Assembly (NCBI RefSeq): GCF_001194135.2
Contig: NC_068984.1
Span: 98,309,695 to 98,373,694, forward strand
Source: Octopus bimaculoides
Lineage: Eukaryota
DNA: 64,000 nucleotides
Direction: 5' to 3'
A program made the translations under genes and the position numbers. How positions within the stretch are numbered: the first letter of the stretch is position 1; every line of letters starts with the position of its first letter. Below the pieces are notes generated by a model, which was not told the origin of the DNA, made no database searches, and worked only from the letters and a program-made list of their open reading frames with translations. This document shows, piece by piece, positions 1 to 11,352 of the stretch.

Positions 1-305
1 TCATTCTCTTTATTAAGCAATCTATCGTAGTGGCATCTCCAGACCTCTTTCTTTGCATCCTCATTTAATGCAAGCGTACCATCATCCATGCGAACACATT
101 TCTCTCCTACATCACTATTCTCTCTCCTACACTGTCTTGCAACACGAAATACCTCGAGTCTTTGGTCCTCACGGCGCAGAACATTGGCAAATCTTTCCTT
201 ATCTGCTTCCCCTCTGGCTAAATAAACCTGTCGCCTAGCCTCCCTTCTGGCACATTGGTACAATTCCCTGCTACCACCGTTCTTCCAAGCCTGTTTCTTG
301 ATGAT
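1..305 (-). mobile_element. RTE-clade LINE internal fragment, cut by the window edge
   Basis: Reverse complement is homologous to 25300-25560 of the long RTE copy (FANV...[27 protein letters not shown] region). Confidence 0.8.
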
Positions 306-518
306 TCACCAGTGTGCAAATGGTTTAAAACAACCATTTGGCTTTGTTTGGCTACAAGTATATGATGACCTTGTAGCACTTATGTCTGATAATTCTATTT
401 TATGGACACCAATTAAGTATTTAAGTCCTCAATTATTTCTGATGGACCAAAAGATATTTTGTTTATATTGCACAATGACATCTCAACAATATTGTCTTGG
501 TAATATGAAATAGTGTTA

Positions 519-735
519 GGGCTGCGAGCTGGCAGAATCATTAGCACATTGGGCAAAGTGCTTAGTGGAATTTTGTCTGCCTTTGTTACAAGTTCAAATT
601 CTGCTGAGATCAGCTTTGCCTTTCGTCCTCTCAGGGTTGATAAAATAAGCACCAGTTGAGCACTGGGGTTGATGTAATTGGCTTAGTCCACTCCCTGAAA
701 TTACTGGCCTTTGCCAAATTTGAAACCAATATTAA
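519..735 (+). mobile_element. tRNA-derived SINE family A
   Basis: A-box-like GAGCTGGCAGAA, B-box-like AAGTTCAAATTC and central gcctttcgtcct...gataaaataagcaccag. Further copies near 6040-6220(-), 14612-14790(+), 29700-30515(-), 52187-53045(-), 57485-57703(-). Confidence 0.8.
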
Positions 736-1499
736 AAGGTTGGTAGAGCATCAGACAAACTTTATTTACTTGTAAACTCCACAATTCAAATCCATTTGAG
801 AGCTACTTTGATTCAATGAGCCCTGGCAATTATTTTTATCAAACCCCAAAATAATTGCCAGGGTTGATTCAATCAACTATATTTCCAAACAAAAATAACT
901 TTTAACCTTGAACCTGTGTTGGAAATCATTGCTATTGTAGTTTAACCCTAGGTTACCTCTGATTGAACCAACCTTTGACCAAAGGTGCCCCGAACTTTGG
1001 TAGAAATTGCAGCCTAATCTCTCTAAAATTACATACTTCTAGATACATAGTGACTGAGAGGAGGTTGGAGCGATCATAGCTGGATTTCCTTTAATAATAG
1101 GTATGTTCAATTGGCACTGACTTGGGGCTTAACAGCAGCAATATGAGAGTCAGTGGGTACTGGATCTGTTAGGAATAACAACCAAATTTCCCTCAAATCA
1201 CAACCCACTCTCTTAAAAGTATGCTGATTTATATTTGTGTAGGATATAAACATCAGTGTAAAAAATAATGAAGAATAAGTGCTTTATGAACAAAATTTCT
1301 TATAACCAGATTCAGACATAGCCTTGTCACTGATATCATAAAAAACAATGAACCAGAGATTAGGCCCCAACAACACAATTGCTTGCAAATTATGATATAA
1401 AATAAGAGTATGTGGTGTCAACAGTCACAACAAACCAAAGAGAAACTGACAACAGAATAAAAAGTCAACTAGTAAATTTGTGGAAAATATAATTGTATT

Positions 1500-1511
1500 A
1501 TTTATTTATTT
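1500..1511 (-). terminator. Candidate polyadenylation signal(s) AATAAA overlapping and directly after the ELP2 stop
   Basis: Minus strand reads tgtTAAataaataaataata; usage not demonstrated. Confidence 0.35.
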
Positions 1512-1669
1512 AACATTGTCCTAGAAAAATGTTAAAAATTCGGACAGAGAAGTCATTACCACAGGATGCCAGCATAAACTGTGAATTGTCGTCATCTTTG
1601 TTCTGTTGTTGGTGGTCTTTAATAACTCTGGAGAATTTCAGTCTCTTCACAGTTAAATGATGAGAAATT
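1510..1669 (-). CDS. ELP2: ELP2 exon 20, terminal ([15 protein letters not shown]...[22 protein letters not shown])
   Basis: Acceptor tttatcag; 160 nt, phase 2 start, TAA at 1512-1510; SH.LTVKRL and ASCG.D.SVRI motifs. Confidence 0.93.
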
Positions 1670-2342
1670 CTGATAAACATAAGGAAATAGAACTGGTGCC
1701 CTTTTATTTTACTCTTTTTAGTTCTTTTTCATGTGTTTCAAGTATTTTACTAATTTATTTAAAATAATGCTCTTTTCAGACTTAGTTGAATGAGAGGATT
1801 CATAGGTTACTGTAAGACGAGATGGAGTTAATATTTATTTTCCATTGTTGTATGTGTATCTGTCTGTATTAAAAATTATAGATTATAAAGGATACATAAT
1901 GCATGTATGTAATATATTCATGGTATGAATATATGCATCATATATCTAGCAAACAAAAGCAATGTAGAGAAGGGCATCTAGCCATAGATATGTTACCAAA
2001 ATCGAATTTAGAAGTTAGGTATGGTCCCTTACCAATCTAAAAAGGTAGTAATTATGAATAAGAACTGATTCGCCTTATGGCAACCTATTCAGCCAATGTC
2101 AACATGGAAAATGGGTGTAAATGATGATGTATTATATATATATATATATATATAAATAAACAGTAAATTAAATGGAGAGATACAATTGACAATCCAATAA
2201 CTTCTTTATAAATTATTGGACTGTCAGTTGTATCTCTCTATTTAATTTATTGTTTTTAATTTGAATTATACCCATATTTATGTGGTATTCAACTGACATA
2301 CCAGTGAATTGGATGTTTTACACACCCCTTTCTTTAGTTTGT

Positions 2343-2394
<52 letters not shown>

Positions 2395-5300
2395 CAAAAG
2401 TTACTTCTGCATATACTCATAGCAGCAAGTTAGATGGTTGTTTTATATAAAATCTACTTCCCCTGTTCCTACTTACCGTTATTTTATGCCTGTATTCCAT
2501 GAAGGCATTGGCTGGAGAGGTCGTCATCATAATCAGTTCTTATTCAGTTAATACTGGTCCTAAATAGATCAGGAAATCATAACCCAACCATATTTTTTAT
2601 TTACAGCATGGTTTCTACAGTTGCATGTCCTTCCTAACATGATCCACTTTCCAGTGTGCTGGGTGCATTTTACTGTGGCACCTACACTAGTGAGGTTGCT
2701 TTCAATCCTGCAAGGCAAAGGAGTTCCCACTGGTGTACAGTGTTCATTCAAAGCAAGACAACCAATAGGATGGGTGCAATAGAAGGTGGTTGCATTGCAG
2801 GCACTCACACATACCCTCCTCCATCATATGTTTGAATGTCAATGTGCAATAATAAAGTAATTTTGTTATGTTTAAAATGGTAGATTTGGTTAATATAGTA
2901 CATATAAAGACCTACAGTAATAACTGACACATACACCAAGAAATAACTAATTAACCATATTGTGGCATTAATGATAAAGGAAAGGTTCTGCATGAAAGGA
3001 TACAAGTCCAAGACTTTCAAATGTTGCCATGGTGTTGGTTGGTCAGGTGACCAGGATAACAACTCTATAATACCACTGTCCAAACCAATACTGAGTAAAT
3101 AACTGCAATATATATATAACAACAATAATTACAATGATCAAATGAAACAGAATAGCTGGGAGTTTAAGATGCTGGACTACTGACTGGACAGCTGTAAGTT
3201 TAGATCTTACTATATTATGTCCTTGTAGATATCCTCCCATTCTACTTGATCTAGTTTCCTGAACAAAACTAATAATTTAAGAAGTGGAGCCTGTTTTGTG
3301 TGATTAACAGTAGAAAGTGAAAACCACTTGCTTCAACAAATAATTCTTCCCATCCATGCTTGCATGATAAAAAATGAATAAAATAGGTAGCAGACTGGTC
3401 AACATGTGTGATATTGTATATGGTTGGTAATGTATGAAGACCTGAGGCAAATATGATTCATTAGATGTACAGCAGTAATGTAAAAGAGTAGGTGTGAGCT
3501 GACTGGCTGCCATTAAAGTCACTAAGAGAGATGATTGTGTTGAGATGTGATGTGACAGGATGGTAACTGCAGTGTAGTGCCAATGGAGGGGAGCAAATAA
3601 GAGATAGGAACAAGTGATGTCATGATGTCGTATCTCAGGATGTTGAGTCTAGATGAGATGACAAACAATTCAGGTTAAGTGGCAATTTTCCACATTTCAG
3701 ACCCAGCTAACATACACTAGTTTGGGAAAATAGATATTAAATGATTATGATGAATAGTATATTTCTTTTTTGGATTTGGTTTGTAAGATTCTTTATGAGT
3801 TCGTGTGTTGAAGCATATTCTGTCGTGTCTGGGGAGGGTCATTCTCTTTTAGTGCCTTATAATTTAACACATTCACCGGTAAAATTTCCACTTATTTCTT
3901 TCTTATTTTTCTAAAATTTTCGTTGCATCTTGCAATTTTTTCAATAGTTTTGACTGTCTGTTATTCACAATGCGTACCTTTTTGTTTGTTTGTGTGTATG
4001 TGTGTGGGTTAGTGTGTATGCATATATGTGTGTGTGTGTTTATGCATATGTATATATATGTTTGTATGTGTGTGTGTGTGTATGCATATGTATATATATG
4101 TTTGTATGTGTGTATATTTGTATATATGTATTCTGCATATTCATGTGTTTGTGTGTGCGTATGTGTTTGTACATGTGTGTATATATGTCATGTGTTTTCA
4201 TTTGTGTTTGTGTGCTTGTCTATTCATATAACCTATGTACCTATCCTTCTGTATGTTGATCTGTTTACTTTCATATCCATATGCTTATATACATGTGCAT
4301 ATACATACATACATACACACGTACATACATCTATCTACATAACAGCCCACTAACTATTCTACTCTACCTGTGTAAACTGGGTATGGGAGTATGATATCTA
4401 TTATGTATATTTCCTATTTAGTATTGGGGAAGTTTCATTTATGAGGACTTACTCCTGTATTTGTCTGAGTGTTGGGTCCTTGGTGTGCTTAGATAAGATG
4501 TGGATGTCAGGTTGACCCAGGTTGCCGCCATGTTGGTCTTTGGCATGTTGGAAAACTGTTTTTTGTCATCATATTATCTCAAATGTTTGCTAGTGATTGA
4601 ACATATGAGTTGAGAGAAAGATTACTACTGGCATGAGTTGATGTGTCCTGGAGGAGATGACTGATGGTTATGGACAAATATTGTACGGTGAAAAATTGCA
4701 GTGTGCTTTCTGTGAAGGTTTATCCATGACACAGTAACTGAGAAAGGTTAGAGAAGACTTGGTACAGTCGGGTCTGAGAATGTTGAGTATCACAGATAAA
4801 GTAACAAAAGACTAAGACAAACAGCAATGTATGGTATGTAATGTAAGTGTGTGAGAGAAAGAAAGAGAAATGTTTACTTACTTGTTATCAGGTGTGAAGG
4901 TAGGAGCCATATCAACTGCTGTTACTGAATCACTGAATATGAAATTGTCTTTTGGTTGAACAGAGATGACATTAGCTGAGGGTGGAGGACAATTCCAGAG
5001 AATTACCTAAATATATAGAACAGACATGTCACTGGAATTACATCACATTCAGGTGACAGATATTGTGTTATGTACCATATATACGTGTGTATAGCATCTG
5101 AATATAATTGAAATACAGAGACGGAGAGAATTACTGTGACATTTCCTGATCAGAGCTAAAGGTCAAATGGGTAATCAATACTACTGAACATTATTTGGAA
5201 ACTGCACTGATTATTCCCAACATCTCAGTAAACTGAGGTGATGTAGAATAAAAGTGACCTGCTAACAAACACTATGAAACACCATCAAGCAGATTTGAAA

Positions 5301-8300
5301 TTATAATCATTATCAATGTTTTAGCAGTTTTCTATACCGACACAGGTTGGATTGGTCTACCATACACTATATTTCTACTTGTCTTGGTCTTTTGTCATTT
5401 CATTTGTGATGCTCAGCATTCTTAGACCTGATTGTATTAAGTCTTCTCTCAGAGAGAGCACAACAATTTTTCACCCCCACAATATTTGTCCATACATGTC
5501 ATGCATCTGTACAATTCAAATTATCTCCCCAGCACACATTAACTTTTATCTTTGATACCCAGTTTCTGTTTCTTTCAGCTCACATGCATTCAAAATTTAT
5601 ACAACAGTTTATAATCATCCTATTTCAGTCCCTAATCCTAATAATTCCCTTGTTCAACACTCCATGTTTTACAACCAGGTTGCATCACACTTCACATCTG
5701 CTTCTATCTTTAAGCCTGAGTCAGTCTCTCTCACTGCTCATGTATTCCCCATCTCACAGCCATGCTTATGTTATACATTCAGCAGCTCATGTTTGTCCCA
5801 TTTCACTTCAATTTCTAAAGACCTTATTTAATCTTCATTTTCAATTCATCTAAGAGAGAAAAACATTTTGTTGCCAACAGAAGCAACAGCTGCTGGTAGT
5901 ACATCCTCAACCTCTACTATAATTTTGCTTCAAACATCAATCATCCATACAATATAAAATAATTCTGTTAAGGAGAAACACAAAGTCTGGTTGGAAAAAA
6001 ATTTGGTGTAAAATTAAAGATATCACAACTTTTAACAGACTACTTTCAAATTTTGGCAGAAGGTCAGCAATTTCAAGGAGAGGATAAGTCGATTACATCA
6101 ACCCCAGAGTTCAGCTGGTACTTATTTAACTCATCCCAAAGGGATGAAAAGCAAAGTTGACTTTGGTGAGAATTTGAAATGCCACTAAGCATTTTGCACA
6201 GCGTGCTACGTTCACATCTTTTAACATATTGATAATTCATCACCATCTTCCAACTAATCTAAATGACCAATCACATTAATATCTCTGATTTATGAATGTC
6301 AAGAAATGTTCTGTTCATTGCTCTAACAAGAAAAAGAGAAATAAATATCAGCATAAGTTGCTTAGCAGGATGGAGGTGATTTATCAAGGGGGAAATATAA
6401 ACACCAAATTTCAAAGTAAAAGTAATTACTATTATGTGCTGCATATGTCCTTCTTTCAGATATTTTTGCTATTTTGATTGCCATCAGATAGTATCAACAT
6501 TCAATGGCGATATATATGCCATGTGTTTTCTATCGGATGTTTCTATCAACCTTTTATTCCTACCAAAATCATATTTGACTAGTTTTGATGTGGTTATTCA
6601 GAGAAATAGTGATCACATTGGCAGTCTCATACAAAACCAGCACTCCTTAAATATCTTGATTATTTCAGTCAGAGAAGGAACTTCTAGGTGGCAGCTCAAT
6701 TTGCAAGAAATAGTACTCAAATTTCCCTCAAGTTCCGCTCTTTTATTATCAAAACAATGAAGGAATATTGGATAATGTTGCTGGAAAAAGCAGGATGGTC
6801 ACAACTGGAATACCTTTGACCATAGATCTGCACAGTCAGGGTTGACTGGGAGGCTAAACAATAATCTTGGTTATTTATTGTTGAGACAAATATCAACCTC
6901 AGTATCATTACAATATCTGTTTTTCAGGGCTGGTATGGACTGACATAAAGTCACTTTAACTGATTGAATATCCCCTCATTTGTGAGGCCAAACATTCTGA
7001 AGTCTAACTGCCACCGTAGAGTCTCAGGTCTTCCTTCTATTTTATCTACCTTGAGTATGCCATTCCTCTTGAAATACATGGGAGAACTACTTGGGGATGG
7101 TCATATATTGCCAATTAAACACATGCACTATATATTTGGTCTTCACTTCAGCTGTATTATTACTGAGGTGAAGACCAAATATATAGTGTGTGTTTTTAAT
7201 CATAAAACTGGAGTGAAGACCAAATATATAGTGCAGGTGATTAATTGCAAAATATGTCTATCTCTAAGTATAACAATATCTGTTTCAACACACAATTTCA
7301 CATCAAAAATCTTGCAAAACAAATACATAAATGGATATACTTGAAACTTTCTTTTATTTCACCCAACACTTGGCAGTATAAATGCCTCTTTAAGGGACTT
7401 TTATCTCCAGATAACATTCCTCTCAGACTGTCTAACGTTACCTCTTCTATCATAATATCTAGATGGAAATGAGATTGTGTAGAAGATAGGATAATGACTG
7501 AAAGGCACTAAAATAAAATAAATGTTTCCTGAACAAGATGCCAGTCTATGACAGGTAATATGATATGATTTGCTACCTGTTCGTGGATGGTAGTCAAGTG
7601 AACTGAGGGAATAGAATGTATTGTCCCAGAGAAACTAAAATGAGAGATATCATTTCTCTGTAACTGCAAGGTGAACTGAAGTTACGTAAAAGAAAAAGTA
7701 TTGTCCAAGACATAGAAACTGAGATAAATCATCACTTTAATATGATGCTTGTCTACCACTATAAAAAAAAAATGAAACTATAAAAAAAAAAAAATGAAAC
7801 TATCAAAAAAAAAAGACAATCAATCCTTGAGGAATTATACATTTGGACGTTACTGCTAGAGAATATGAGAGTTGTAGCAAATTTTGTTGATATGGTGATA
7901 TGGAATGTGGAGAATTTACAGAGAGTGAAGAGACTTCAAGGAGAGTGAGGTTTTTGGTGGTACCTATTCCCTTGTGACAGCCAAGTGAACCGAGGTTACG
8001 TGAAAGAAAAACTGAAACATCTTCAGAAGTTTGAACTTCTGAACAGATAGCCCAATATCCTGTCCACTCAGCCACTTCATCAACTCATGGCTCTCTTTAC
8101 ATTTTACCAATGAATAAATAAATAAAATTAGACACTCACTTTCTTATCCCGAGATGCTGTGGCAAAATAGGCATTGTCATGTGACCAACAACATGACCAA
8201 ATTATGCGAGAATGGGCTGAAGTCTTTTTGTCAACAGAGGCAATTTTCTTAAATGGAATATCTGAGAGAGAGAGAGAGAGAAAATATATAAAGCTGTCAA

Positions 8301-9890
8301 GAAAAGACAATGAATCCATGAGGAATTATACATTTAGACATTATTGGTAGGGAACATGAGAGTTGTGGCAAGCTTTGCTGACATGGGATGTGGAGAATTT
8401 TCAGGGAGAGTTGGCTAACTTCAATGGGAGAAACTATATAGCAGGTTTTCAAGAACTTAAGATGTGGTGAGGAATCCCAGAGGGAGACGAAATGCTTTAT
8501 AGGAAATGGGAGGGGAGGAGACAATATCATAGATCAAGATATTTTAGAGGGTGGGGAATTTTCAAGGGGGTGGGGGAAATAGTTGTAATACTTCCAAGAA
8601 GACCTGCTTGAGACACACTACATAAACATCAATAATACTGACAGCAGGAGTACTACCTATAACACAAATTGTGACACAGTAATAATGTAATGTATGCAGT
8701 AACCACTGGAATGTGTGCATGTACATGTAAAAGCATCGGCTCTTGTGCGGGTGACACATGAAATGCCTTGAGCAAGACGGGATCGTTGCCAGTGCCCCTG
8801 GACTGGCTTGTGTGCGGGCGACACATGAAGTCTTTCGAGCGGGATCGTTGCCAGTGCCACTGGATTGGCTCATGTGCGGGCGACACATGAAATCTTCCGA
8901 GCGGGATCATTGCCGGTGCCCCTGGGCTGGCTCTTGTGCGGGTGACACATGAGGTTTTTCAAGCGAGATCGTTGCCAGTGCCCCTGGATTGGCTCATGTG
9001 CGGGCGACACATNNNNNNNNNNNNNNNNNNNNNNNNNNNNNNNNNNNNNNNNNNNNNNNNNNNNNNNNNNNNNNNNNNNNNNNNNNNNNNNNNNNNNNNN
9101 NNNNNNNNNNNNNNNNNNNNNNNNNNNNNNNNNNNNNNNNNNNNNNNNNNNNNNNNNNNNNNNNNNNNNNNNNNNNNNNNNNNNNNNNNNNNNNNNNNNN
9201 NNNNNNNNNNNNNNNNNNNNNNNNNNNNNNNNNNNNNNNNNNNNNNNNNNNNNNNNNNNNNNNNNNNNNNNNNNNNNNNNNNNNNNNNNNNNNNNNNNNN
9301 NNNNNNNNNNNNNNNNNNNNNNNNNNNNNNNNNNNNNNNNNNNNNNNNNNNNNNNNNNNNNNNNNNNNNNNNNNNNNNNNNNNNNNNNNNNNNNNNNNNN
9401 NNNNNNNNNNNNNNNNNNNNNNNNNNNNNNNNNNNNNNNNNNNNNNNNNNNNNNNNNNNNNNNNNNNNNNNNNNNNNNNNNNNNNNNNNNNNNNNNNNNN
9501 NNNNNNNNNNNNNNNNNNNNNNNNNNNNNNNNNNNNNNNNNNNNNNNNNNNNNNNNNNNNNNNNNNNNNNNNNNNNNNNNNNNNNNNNNNNNNNNNNNNN
9601 NTATACCGTCTGACTGGCCTTTGTAGGGTTTTCGAGCAAGATCGTTGCCAGTGCCCCTGGACTGGCTCTTGTGCGGGTGGCACATAAAAGACACCATTTC
9701 GAGCGTGGCCGTTTTCGTGCGGGTGACACGTAAAAGCACCCACTACACTCTCTGAGTGGTTGGCGTTAGGAAGGGCATCCAGTTGTAGAAACTCTGCCAA
9801 ATTAGATTGGAGCCTGGTGTTGCCATCCGGTTTCACCAGTCCTCAGTCAAATCGTCCAACTTATGCTAGCATAGAAGGCGGACGTTAAAC

Positions 9891-9923
<33 letters not shown>

Positions 9924-11272
9924 ATATATATATATATATATATATATATCATCATCACTTAACCTCCTCCTTCCATACTGGCATGGGTTGGATGGTTTAA
10001 GAAACCAGAACACTGTGTTAGCATGGATTAGATGAATACATATTACTGATGCATTGTTTTTTTTTTTTAAAACAAGGTGCCCTAACCTCTACTTGTTATT
10101 CAAGTAAAGGATCTTTCATTCCACTTGTCTTCAAATGTGCAAAGTTAACAGGTGATTTGTTGACAAGGAATTATCGACAGTGTAGCTCAAAACTTTTTCA
10201 TATTTTAATATATATATACACTAGCAGTTTCACCCAGCATTGCCCAAGATTAAGTTAGGATTATTAAGCTAATCAAGAGCTTTGTTTCAAACCAAACTAA
10301 GTTACACCAACGTCAAATTTCAGCGAAATCCATTGAAATTGGTAAACGTTTGGCTGAGAATGGGTTGCAGACAATTTGATTGGGAAATCCCATAAGGAAT
10401 TGGTTTATTGATTTTTCTACTCATCGATTGTTTTTTTTTTTTCTTGTTTTTGGAGAATTTACAGCATTCAAAGATTCCATAAGTTCTAAGCAACGCCAGC
10501 ATAAAGTTTGAACAAAATATGTCAAAATTGGTAAAAGTTATTGTTGAAAATGGGGTGTAACCAATTTTAGTGGGAAATCCTATCAGGAATCAATTTATCG
10601 ATTTTTCATCCTGATTGAATGGAAAACCCTATAAGGAATCAGTTTATTGATTTTTCACCCCAAAAAGGAACTATCCGATCACAACATTGCTGATTCAAAA
10701 AAATTATATTTATACTTTAAAGTTAGTTTTCACACCCAACCCAGTTCTGCAGAATCAGTGTCATGACGGGAACGCATGGGTTGGGAGTTTGACCAGCAGA
10801 AGTGATTAGGTTGCACATGCCGGCCCTTTCGAACCCCCCATCATCATCTAACCCCATCAAAGCATGGTCTCACTGGGAACTGCGATCTGTGGAAGTTAAG
10901 CAGCATGTCTGACCCCGAGGGATAAAGGTGCATCCTTGAAATGAAAACATTTTCCCCTCTCCCGCACCCCGTAACAATGGTGGCCTCAATAAAGTGGGGC
11001 GTCAGGGACTTGATTACCAAGCAGGTCCCGTTGCACTGTCTAGGCGGATAAAGCGTGTGCTCTTTATCCCATTTGAGTTTTATTGAATGATTGTGTAAAA
11101 TTTTCTTAACATTAGGATATATTCTAAGTCTACACATACAAACACAAACATTTGTTTTTTTGATGTGGAAACGTACATTTTGTTTGATGTCAACATAAAG
11201 TGTAAGAGAGAGAAAATGACAGGGACGTGCGTATATGTTGACAATGGGGTGCGAGATAGAAAGTGTGAGTTT

Positions 11273-11352
<80 letters not shown>

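Noticed and set aside
298-513. 71-aa plus ORF and overlapping minus ORF as a neighbouring gene's exon
   Set aside because: Start lies in an RTE fragment, no recognisable domain, no convincing splice pair.
519-620. A/B boxes as tRNA genes (also at other SINE heads)
   Set aside because: No cloverleaf; they continue into a shared SINE body found in many copies.
2471-2559. GTAAGT donor at 2476 as the missing ELP2 exon 19
   Set aside because: The required phase-2 frame has stops and the sequence is an RTE-tail remnant; the true exon is 3004-3102.
2569-2808. Cys-rich ORF resembling half an LDLa module ([21 protein letters not shown])
   Set aside because: Its 3' half is a decayed RTE/SINE tail (cacccagcacact...aggaagg.catccaactgtagaaacc); there is a stop directly upstream and no acceptor.
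3660-3720. LGLKCGKL peptide resembling ELP2 VGLECGKI
   Set aside because: Preceded by an in-frame stop and needs frameshifts; most likely chance.
3970-4353. CVCVY-rich ORFs (similar cases at 11080-11489, 56579-56876, 57143-57376)
   Set aside because: Translations of microsatellite or low-complexity DNA.
8739-9720. 62-bp repeat array as a CRISPR array
   Set aside because: Contiguous tandem units without unique spacers, inside a LINE 3' UTR in an intron of a eukaryotic gene; no cas genes.
8870-9836. Long 225-289 aa ORFs in the ORF track
   Set aside because: They are open only because they run through the N gap.
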